Source: Micavibrio sp. (GTDB lineage Bacteria > Patescibacteriota > Minisyncoccia > Moranbacterales > GCA-2747515). From it: DNA of 64,000 nucleotides. A program made the translations under genes and the position numbers. Position 1 is the first letter of the stretch, and every line of letters begins with the position of its first letter. The notes under the pieces are model-generated. The model ran no database searches. It worked only from the letters and a program-made list of their open reading frames with translations, and had not been told where the DNA came from. The stretch lies in the NCBI GenBank assembly GCA_020718085.1, contig DYDB01000001.1, positions 47,384 through 111,383 of the forward strand, in the 5' to 3' direction. Shown here one piece after another: positions 56,477-64,000 of this stretch.

Positions 56477-58228
56477 TTATGAGAGTTTACTTATGAATGA
56501 TGTAAGAGCAACAACACCTTCGTCACCATTATCGCGTGAGCGCACCGAAACAGTTTTATCGGCAACCTCTTTTTCACCAACAACGAGAATATAAGGCATC
56601 TTTTCTTTTTCTGCCAAGCGAATGCGTTTACCGAGAGTTTCAGATTGGTCATAAAGTTCAGTACGAAATTCCGCTTCAGAAAGTGCATCGCATACACTTT
56701 TGCCATAATCATTGAATTTTTCTGATACAGGGATCACGGCGATTTGCACGGGGGAGAGCCAGAGAGGGAATGCGCCGGCAAAGTGTTCAATGATGACCGA
56801 AAGAAATCGTTCAAGTGATCCTGCAATTGCACGGTGGATCATGACGGGTGTTTGTTTGCTGTTCGCTTCATCAGTATATTCCAAACCAAATCGTTCCGGC
56901 ATGACAAAATCAAGCTGTGCTGTTGCCAATTGCCACTCGCGACCGATTGCATCACGGAACATGAAATCCAATTTTGGTCCATAGAATGCTGCTTCACCCT
57001 CAACGCGTTTGTAGGGCAGATTTTCTTTTTGTGCAATTTCCTCCAAAGTTTTTTCTGCCACGTCCCATTTTGTAGGATCGCCCAAATACTTTTCCGGTGT
57101 TTGCGGATCGCGTACAGACACGGAAACCCAATAATCACCGTCATTGAACATGTTGAGTGAGGTATAAAAATCCTTGATCACAGAAACAATGCCTCCAACC
57201 TCGGATTCAATTTGTTGTGGTGTGCAAAATACGTGACCATCATCCTGAGAGATCGATCGCACGCGAGAGAGTCCCAGTAGTTCACCTGCTTGTTCATCAC
57301 GATACACCATTGTGGTTTCCATAAAACGGACTGGCAAGTCACGATAAGATCGCTGACGAGCAGCATAAATTTGCGTATGGTGCGGACAGTTCATGGGTTT
57401 CATGACAAATTCCTGATCTGATTGACCCTTGACTTTGAATAGTTCATCACCAAATTTTGCCCAATGACCTGATGTTTCGTAGAGATCTTTTTTTGTAATG
57501 TGAGGGATCGTTACTTTCTGATAGCCAAACTTTTTTTGGAGGGTTTGAATTTTTTCAACGATCAGATCGCGCAGCAACGTTCCTTTTGGTGTAAAAAGGG
57601 GAAGTCCGCCACCAACGAGCTCGGAAAATGTAAAGAGGTCCAACTCTTTGCCAAGCTTGCGATGGTCTCGTTTTTTTGCTTCTTCGATTTGTGTGAGATG
57701 TGCATCCAATTCTTCCTTTGTATCAAAAAGTATGCCACAAATGCGGGTGAGCTGTTCGCGCTTCTCGTCGCTTTTCCAGTATGCGCCGGCAAGTCGGGTA
57801 ATTTTGAGTGCAGAGGCATCGATCTCTCCGCTGTTCTCTACATGTGGACCGCGACAAAGATCTGCAAAATCTTTGGATGTATATATGGACACAATGGTCT
57901 CACCCCCTTGTGCCAGATCATCGATGATCTCCACTTTATATTTTTGACCTAATGCAGAAAATTTTTCTTTTGCATCAGAAATGGACATCTCGGATCGCTC
58001 AAAGGAAATTTTTTGTCCGATCAGTTTTTTCATGCGTTTCTCGATCTGTTTGAGATCTGATTCCGTGAGAGGTTCTGCAGTTTCAACGTCATAATAGAAA
58101 CCATCGTCTACAACCGGCCCGATACCAAAGAGGGCATCTGGTCGTATTTGTTTGATTGCCATTGCAAGGAGATGCGCTGCGGAGTGGCGTTTTTTATTTA
58201 ATTCTTCTGATGGATGTTGTGAACACAT
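56477..58228 (-). CDS. thrS: Threonine--tRNA ligase (short form)
   Basis: Class II motifs, HRAIAGSLERF, and a C-terminal anticodon-binding domain. Second additional domain HSAAHLLAMA (HxxxH). Confidence 0.9.
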   Translation of the reverse strand: MCSQHPSEELNKKRHSAAHLLAMAIKQIRPDALFGIGPVVDDGFYYDVETAEPLTESDLKQIEKRMKKLIGQKISFERSEMSISDAKEKFSALGQKYKVEIIDDLAQGGETIVSIYTSKDFADLCRGPHVENSGEIDASALKITRLAGAYWKSDEKREQLTRICGILFDTKEELDAHLTQIEEAKKRDHRKLGKELDLFTFSELVGGGLPLFTPKGTLLRDLIVEKIQTLQKKFGYQKVTIPHITKKDLYETSGHWAKFGDELFKVKGQSDQEFVMKPMNCPHHTQIYAARQRSYRDLPVRFMETTMVYRDEQAGELLGLSRVRSISQDDGHVFCTPQQIESEVGGIVSVIKDFYTSLNMFNDGDYWVSVSVRDPQTPEKYLGDPTKWDVAEKTLEEIAQKENLPYKRVEGEAAFYGPKLDFMFRDAIGREWQLATAQLDFVMPERFGLEYTDEANSKQTPVMIHRAIAGSLERFLSVIIEHFAGAFPLWLSPVQIAVIPVSEKFNDYGKSVCDALSEAEFRTELYDQSETLGKRIRLAEKEKMPYILVVGEKEVADKTVSVRSRDNGDEGVVALTSFISKLS

Positions 58229-58234
58229 ATTTTT

Positions 58235-58500
58235 TTAATTAAGATTTAATAATGAATAATTAATAATGAGCGCTATCATTTTTCTAAAAGAAAAATGAAA
58301 AAGCACCAACAACAACTACTGCAAACTTTGTACTGAGACCCCTTCTAGAGGGGCGGTTCCACTCAGTTTCCCGTTTTTGTTGTGGGCGCTCTTTGGTGTG
58401 TATCTTACGTGTACACCGTCTACGCTCGCTCTGCAGGTTGGTAGGCTGCATCAAACGCGTGTATGTGATTGTGATCCTATTCTTACATAATACATAGATA
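58235..58500 (-). ncRNA. Candidate T-box leader upstream of thrS
   Basis: The minus-strand leader contains ACUGAGUGGAACCGCCCC, which matches the T-box consensus AGGGUGGNACCGCG. A ggggcgg/cccctctagaagggg helix follows. Not fully folded by hand. Confidence 0.4.
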
Positions 58501-58551
58501 GATGTCAAATGAATGAACTTGAAACTTTTCACTTTTTTTCAAAAAAACCTT

Positions 58552-58649
58552 GTCATTGCGAGAAGCGTAGCAACGAAGCAATCTTGAGCATTAAACAAAA
58601 CTACAACATATCTGAATGAGATTTCTTCGTCGTTCCTTCTCGCAATGAC
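58552..58649. repeat. MITE-like repeat, family A (copy 3)
   Basis: gtcattgcgagaagcgtagcaacgaagcaatc ... gatttcttcgtcgttccttctcgcaatgac terminal inverted repeats. Confidence 0.6.
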
Positions 58650-58760
58650 GGCTGCTTTATTACAAACAATTGACGATTTAATATTATTTTGGTATAATGC
58701 TTTTTCTGTTAAGGGTGGATAAAATCAACGTTCTTTAATTTAAACGTGTTGGAGGTAATC

Positions 58761-59489
58761 ATGAAGAAGCTTACTGCAGAAAAAGCGCAAAAATTGTATC
58801 AAGCGCGATTTGAAAAAACGGCACGCTATGTTGCACAAATGTTATGTAAAAATTTGGACAAGGCATTGAGAAAGGCCTGCAAAACGGATGGCCGTAACTG
58901 TGCATCTCACACTTTTCAAATAGCAGGTCTGTACCAGTCAGAAGATTATGTTCTACCTGACGGCATGTTGGAGTGGAGACATAGATTGCCGGAAGATTCT
59001 GAGAACAGCCGGAAGTTGGTCAAGCAAATTGTGGTATTAGTGCAACAATACTATACAGGTTGGGATGTAAGATTGATGTATAATAAAATCGATTATGAAT
59101 TTTATAATAATACCTTAGTCTTTGATGCGAAATTTGTGGCTGAGGATATGCAAATTTGTCGACCGGAGGATTTTGATGCTGTATTTTATGCGCGTGTGAA
59201 TGATATGGTGCAGTACTTTGTGCAAAATATCCGAATTGCAATTAATAAGCAATTGGGCACGCGATCGATTCGTGAGGGATTTCGCTCAGAAGCAATCATA
59301 CATCATGTTGAACGATTGTGTTTTAATGAAGAAGAAGCTACAGCTGTTTTCAATAGAGTGAAAGAGGCTTTGTTTCAAGATGGGTGGCATATCAGCATAT
59401 GCGACATTGACATAAAAAAAAGCAACATGCTATATCCTCGTACATTATATAATTTTGAGATCAAGAGGTTGCCCGTGTCATCATCGTGA
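58761..59489 (+). CDS. Hypothetical protein
   Basis: RBS ttggaggt 6 nt upstream of the ATG. 242 aa. No recognisable motifs. Confidence 0.45.
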   Translation: MKKLTAEKAQKLYQARFEKTARYVAQMLCKNLDKALRKACKTDGRNCASHTFQIAGLYQSEDYVLPDGMLEWRHRLPEDSENSRKLVKQIVVLVQQYYTGWDVRLMYNKIDYEFYNNTLVFDAKFVAEDMQICRPEDFDAVFYARVNDMVQYFVQNIRIAINKQLGTRSIREGFRSEAIIHHVERLCFNEEEATAVFNRVKEALFQDGWHISICDIDIKKSNMLYPRTLYNFEIKRLPVSSS

Positions 59490-59549
59490 TGATGTGGCGC
59501 ATAGAACGTACATATCTACTGCTGGAATATATTTCCGGCAGTAGATTTT

Positions 59550-62500
59550 TTATTCTTCTGAAATCGCTGATGGATCAATAATTGTGAATAATTTTTCTTT
59601 GCACGTAGCATCAAAAGTGATGATGTATGATGTACGCATTTTTTGTCCGTTGTGAACAAGGAATACGTGTGCATTGCCAGGTTCGCATATGTCAAGGATC
59701 TCTTTGATCTGCGCAATGATCTCATATGTGCTTTCATCGGGAAGGGTGATATATAATTTAGTTTTGTTGAGCAGTGCTTTTTTTTCTTCTTTTCGCTCTG
59801 CTAGTTTTTCTTTTGTGATACCATATTTTTTGCGTGTGCTCATGACATTTTTTGCGTATTCATTTTTTTCTGTGGCGATTTCTTCGATTTCATTTGCGAT
59901 GAACTTAAGTTCATCATCCTTATCGGAGAGATTGCCTTTCATAACTACAGCTTTACCTTCGACGAGCAGATCTTTGTGTTCCTCAAGCATTTTTGGAAAG
60001 ATGATGCATTCAGTTGTGCTTTTACCATCTTCCAATGTGATGAATGCCATATTCTTGCCACTTTTGGTGAGAATGATCTTGATCGCGATGATGATACCAC
60101 CGACGGAAATCATTTTATTTGCCTTGTCTTGCTTAAGATCGTTGAGTGGTGTGCACATATAATCAAGGAAATCACGGTATTCATTGGATGGATGATCGGA
60201 GATATAAAGACCGATGAGCTGTTTTTCCCATGCAAGATGTTGTCTTTTGCCGGAATCAATGCCTTTTTTAAGTTTGATCTCTGCACGTGATAGTAATTCT
60301 GTACCAAAAAGAGAGTGTTGATTGATTTTTGTGCTGGATCGAAGTTCTTTGATAAATGTGAGAATGCTATCCATACTTGCGAGGATGTCGTCGCGCGCAC
60401 CAAAACTATCAAGTGCACCAACCATTGCAAGTGCATCGATCGACTTTTTATTGAGATCACGGATGGTAATGCGTGTACATAGGTCAGAGAGGTCCTTGTA
60501 TTTACCGCCACGTTTTCGCTCTTCAACGATCTCGCGCGCAACGGGACGTCCAACATTTTTGATCGCATTGAGGCCAAATCGAATGCGTGGGTTTTTCTTT
60601 TCTGTATCTGCAGGGTCATAGATGACTGCAAATTCCTGAAAACTCTCGTTGATGTCCGGTGGCAATACGACAATGTTCATATCGCGACATTCTGCCGCCT
60701 CAATCGCTATGCGATCGGTGTTTCCCTGATCGGATGTCATGAGAGCTGCCATAAATTCCGCGGGGTAGTGTGCTTTGAGGTATGCAGTTTGATAGCCGAT
60801 GAGTCCATAACATGCAGCATGAGAACGATTGAAACCATATCCGGCAAATGGTTCGATGAATGCAAAGACTTTTTCCGCAATTTCTTTTTTCACGTTATGT
60901 GCCACACATCCCTCGACAAATTTAATTTTTTGCTCCTTAATGAGCTTGATGATCTTTTTACCCATCGCTTTGCGTAAGATGTCAGCTTCACCGAGTGTAA
61001 AACCTGCCAAATCTTGCGCAATGCGCATAACCTGTTCCTGATAAACAGCAACGCCATAAGTGTCGGCAAGAATTGCCTCAAGTTTTGGATGAAGATAGGT
61101 CACTTTTTTCTTTCCATGTTTGCCATCGACAAAATCAGGGATCCACTCCATTGGTCCAGGACGATAAAGAGCGACCATTGCGATAATATCTTCCAAGACA
61201 GTCGGTTTAAGTGCTTTGAGATAGCGTTTCATACCACTGGATTCTAATTGAAATACGCCTGTAGTATGTGCTTCTTGCAACAGTTTGTACGTCTTAACGT
61301 CATCGAGGGGAATTTTTTCTATGTCGATCTTCGTGCCATGGATCCTTTTGACAATGCGTAAAGTGTTTTGAATGATCGTGAGGTTTTTGAGTCCCAGGAA
61401 GTCCATTTTGAGGAGCCCAATCTTTTCTACGGCTGAGAATTTTGTACTGGATGCATATTGTGTCACAGTTGCTTCATCATCACCGGAGACACGCTGCATG
61501 GCGGTGTATTCCACAACCGGCTTGTCAGTGATCACTACACCACAGGCATGTACAGAAGAGTGACGGCACAAGCCTTCCAGGCGACGTGCGCTGTCGATGA
61601 GGTCGCGTGCGTCGGAATTTTCTTTGTGTAAACGTTTGAAATCAGGAACATCGGAAAGTGCTTGATCGATGGATGTGAATTCCGGAATGAGCTTTGCCAC
61701 TTGATCGCAAAAGTTATAGGGATAGCCCAGTGCACGACCGGCGTCGCGTACAGCGGCACGTGCGGCCATTGTTCCAAATGTGATGATCTGCGCAACATGG
61801 TCCGCTCCGTATGTTTTGCGCACGTAAGCGAGAACATCATCGCGACGATCGTCCGCAAAATCCATATCAACATCGGGCATGGACACGCGTTCCGGGTTGA
61901 GAAAGCGTTCAAAGAGCAACTTATACTCGATCGGATCCATGTTGGTAATGCCTGTGAGATAAGATACAAATGAGCCCGCAGCACTTCCGCGTCCCGGACC
62001 AACAACGATCCCGTCGTTTTTTGCCCAGTTCACGAAATCTTGCACGATAAGAAAGTAGGAGGCATAGCCGGTTTTCTTGATAATGTCGAGCTCATACTTC
62101 ATGCGTTGTCGCTGAACACTGGTAATATTTGTGCCGAATTTTTTTGCAAGTCCCTCCTCACAAATGTCGTTTAGGTATTCATCTGCTGTTTTTCCTTCCG
62201 GAAGAGGAAACGATGGCAATTTTGTATGACCAAGTTCCAATTCAAATGTACAACGGTCAGCAATGCGCTGCGTATTGGCAAGCGCTTCCGGAACATCGGA
62301 AAAGATGGCAGAAAGTTCCTTTTCTGTACGGAAGGAAAGGTCAAAGCTCTTCATATTTGGTCGATCACCCTCGTCCACTTTTCGGTTCATTTGAATGCAT
62401 AAGAGCACATCGTGGATATCTCGATCATTTTTGTTGATGTAATAGACATCACCGCAAGCAACAAGTGGAATTTTTGTTTCTCTGCTCATTTTTTTTATGC

Positions 62501-63068
62501 CGACGTTGATCTTTTGTTGTGGTGGAAAATTTGGATGATCGTTGAGCTCAAGGAAAAAATGATCCTCGCCAAAAATGTCTTGGTAGAGAAGTGCTTTATC
62601 CTTTGCTTGTGCATAGCCGTCGTTTTGAAGTAGTTCGCCAACCTCGCCGAAGCTGTTGCCGGATAATGCAGTGATGCCGTCATGATGTGCACGTAGCACA
62701 TCATAATCTACGCGTGGCTTATAATAAAAACCATCCAGTTGTGCAATAGTGATGATCTTGAGAAGATTTTTGTAGCCGATCTCATTTTCTGCCAAAAGCA
62801 CGAGTTGATTTGTTTTGCGTGATTGAAGAGATGCTGTTTTCTTATCCATGCCACCGGGAGCGACAAGGATCTCTGTGCCGATGATCGGCTTGATCCCGCG
62901 TTCAGCTGCTTTGACGGAAAATTCCACCGCACCATATACGGCGCTTTTATCTGTAAGCGCAAGCGCATTCATGCCATTTTTTTCTGCGGCATCCAAAAGA
63001 TCATCGATCTTGGCAAGACCGCTGAGCAGAGAATGATCGGAGTGGACGTGAAGGTGGACAAATGACAC
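59550..63068 (-). CDS. dnaE: DNA polymerase III alpha subunit
   Basis: N-terminal PHP FVHLHVHSDHSLL. Polymerase core GSAAGSFVSY...PDVDMDF. 1172 aa. Confidence 0.95.
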   Translation of the reverse strand: MSFVHLHVHSDHSLLSGLAKIDDLLDAAEKNGMNALALTDKSAVYGAVEFSVKAAERGIKPIIGTEILVAPGGMDKKTASLQSRKTNQLVLLAENEIGYKNLLKIITIAQLDGFYYKPRVDYDVLRAHHDGITALSGNSFGEVGELLQNDGYAQAKDKALLYQDIFGEDHFFLELNDHPNFPPQQKINVGIKKMSRETKIPLVACGDVYYINKNDRDIHDVLLCIQMNRKVDEGDRPNMKSFDLSFRTEKELSAIFSDVPEALANTQRIADRCTFELELGHTKLPSFPLPEGKTADEYLNDICEEGLAKKFGTNITSVQRQRMKYELDIIKKTGYASYFLIVQDFVNWAKNDGIVVGPGRGSAAGSFVSYLTGITNMDPIEYKLLFERFLNPERVSMPDVDMDFADDRRDDVLAYVRKTYGADHVAQIITFGTMAARAAVRDAGRALGYPYNFCDQVAKLIPEFTSIDQALSDVPDFKRLHKENSDARDLIDSARRLEGLCRHSSVHACGVVITDKPVVEYTAMQRVSGDDEATVTQYASSTKFSAVEKIGLLKMDFLGLKNLTIIQNTLRIVKRIHGTKIDIEKIPLDDVKTYKLLQEAHTTGVFQLESSGMKRYLKALKPTVLEDIIAMVALYRPGPMEWIPDFVDGKHGKKKVTYLHPKLEAILADTYGVAVYQEQVMRIAQDLAGFTLGEADILRKAMGKKIIKLIKEQKIKFVEGCVAHNVKKEIAEKVFAFIEPFAGYGFNRSHAACYGLIGYQTAYLKAHYPAEFMAALMTSDQGNTDRIAIEAAECRDMNIVVLPPDINESFQEFAVIYDPADTEKKNPRIRFGLNAIKNVGRPVAREIVEERKRGGKYKDLSDLCTRITIRDLNKKSIDALAMVGALDSFGARDDILASMDSILTFIKELRSSTKINQHSLFGTELLSRAEIKLKKGIDSGKRQHLAWEKQLIGLYISDHPSNEYRDFLDYMCTPLNDLKQDKANKMISVGGIIIAIKIILTKSGKNMAFITLEDGKSTTECIIFPKMLEEHKDLLVEGKAVVMKGNLSDKDDELKFIANEIEEIATEKNEYAKNVMSTRKKYGITKEKLAERKEEKKALLNKTKLYITLPDESTYEIIAQIKEILDICEPGNAHVFLVHNGQKMRTSYIITFDATCKEKLFTIIDPSAISEE

Positions 63069-63238
63069 GGGTGGTAAAAAGTTATAAAGTTATACCTGCC
63101 CGCCGTGCTTTTTCACATACAATGCAGGCGGGAAGTTCATAAAGTATTGTAGCACAGGACGATTTTTGTGGAAAATGTCTGTTTTTGTAAATGAAAAAGC
63201 GATCATTTCTGATCGCTTTTGATGTGAGGATATATGCC

Positions 63239-63637
63239 CTATGGTATAAGATCTTCCGGTTTTATACCATCCGATTTTAGTCGATGTCTTCGAATATAGA
63301 TGGCATCAAGTGTGCGCCCGATTTCCTTTGCGAGCTCCAAGCCTTTTAGAGGGCTTGTGAGCACAAGAAGGTCTTGGGGGTCAGTCCATTCTTCGCCAAA
63401 ATTTTCTGCTTGTTTTTTGGACTTTGCTCGGTAAGCTCTGTTGTAAGCGTTTTCTTTTCGCGAGTTTCTTATGCGCCACTTGCGATTGGCGTAGCGATAC
63501 TTATCCGGGTTTTGCAGTTTTATGCGGGCCATGCGGACAGCTTCGGGAGAAACTCCAATTATTTTGGCGAGCTCACTGAGAGAAACTTCTCCGCTCAATA
63601 TTTTTTCTTTGTAAGGTGCATATTTCGATTCTCGCAT
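63239..63637 (-). CDS. Small HTH-domain protein (sigma-70 region-4-like), hypothetical
   Basis: RBS ggagg upstream of MRESKYAP. LSELAKIIGVSPEAVRMARIKL helix-turn-helix. Basic C-terminal part. Confidence 0.45.
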   Translation of the reverse strand: MRESKYAPYKEKILSGEVSLSELAKIIGVSPEAVRMARIKLQNPDKYRYANRKWRIRNSRKENAYNRAYRAKSKKQAENFGEEWTDPQDLLVLTSPLKGLELAKEIGRTLDAIYIRRHRLKSDGIKPEDLIP

Positions 63638-63702
63638 TCTTCCTCCGTTGAATTTGATGTGTGATATAGTATATGTAAACAAAAGAACAGCCCCTAATTA
63701 TA

Positions 63703-64000
63703 ACACAAAATCATGAAAATTGCAACATTTGATCACGAAAAAGCACATATTGATGCAGGTTATCATTTGATCGCTGGTGTAGATGAGGTGGGTCGCGGTC
63801 CGCTTGCCGGTCCGGTTGTAACGGCGGCGTGTGTGATAAAAGATGTCTCATGTTTCACACGGAACATGGATGATGATAGGCGGTGGCAACTTATTCGTGA
63901 TTCCAAATTACTCAGCGAAAAACAACGCAAAGAAGCATATAGCTTTGTAGAAGAATATTTTTTTGTTGGTATCGGACTCAGTACACCGGACACAATTGAT
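63703..64000 (+). CDS. rnhB: Ribonuclease HII (N-terminal part, continues beyond window)
   Basis: [17 protein letters not shown] is the RNase HII active-site motif. Confidence 0.8.

Noticed and set aside
63763-63993. Minus-strand 76-aa ORF at the window end
   Set aside because: It is antisense to the clear RNase HII N-terminus ([15 protein letters not shown]) on the plus strand.

Overview
This is about 64 kb of a low-GC (~38%) bacterial chromosome. Its housekeeping genes are short and compact: prfA, rpmE, rpsB-tsf, a four-tRNA cluster (Thr-UGU, Tyr-GUA, Thr-GGU, Trp-CCA), secE-nusG-rplK-rplA, gatB, miaA, thrS with a candidate T-box leader, dnaE and the start of rnhB. The short EF-Ts, ThrRS and DnaE and the gene content fit a reduced-genome lineage, possibly CPR/Patescibacteria-like, though that is inference only. 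Three compositionally distinct islands sit among these genes.
- A GC-rich block at about 8.7-13.2 kb carries two paralogous secreted proteins, a lipoprotein and a beta-rich secreted protein. Both units are driven by perfect TTGACA-17-TATAAT promoters.
- An AT-rich, codon-shifted island lies immediately 3' of the tRNA cluster (about 23.3-27.2 kb). It encodes a divergent RelA/SpoT-domain nucleotidyltransferase, an RsgA-type circularly permuted GTPase, a lipoprotein, an Rx5H (HEPN-like) protein and a pentapeptide-repeat protein. This is my best candidate for an undescribed toxin/defence-type module.
- An AT-rich block at about 41.8-44.8 kb holds a SET-domain protein, an unknown protein and an orphan sensor kinase.
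The window also contains:
- a MacAB-like efflux operon;
- a surface-polysaccharide cluster (GT2, Wzz-like, O-antigen ligase, GT4, Wzx-like) plus a type IV pilin;
- a PAS-GGDEF protein and a MarR regulator;
- a polyamine pair (SpeH-SpeE fusion with a tandem SpeE paralogue);
- a phage-type dTMP module (two T4 gp1-like dNMP kinases, dCMP deaminase, ThyX, MazG) wedged between rplA and gatB;
- at least two families of MITE-like hairpin repeats;
- a DUF559 endonuclease gene flanked by direct composite repeats.
No CRISPR array, rRNA gene or integrase was seen.
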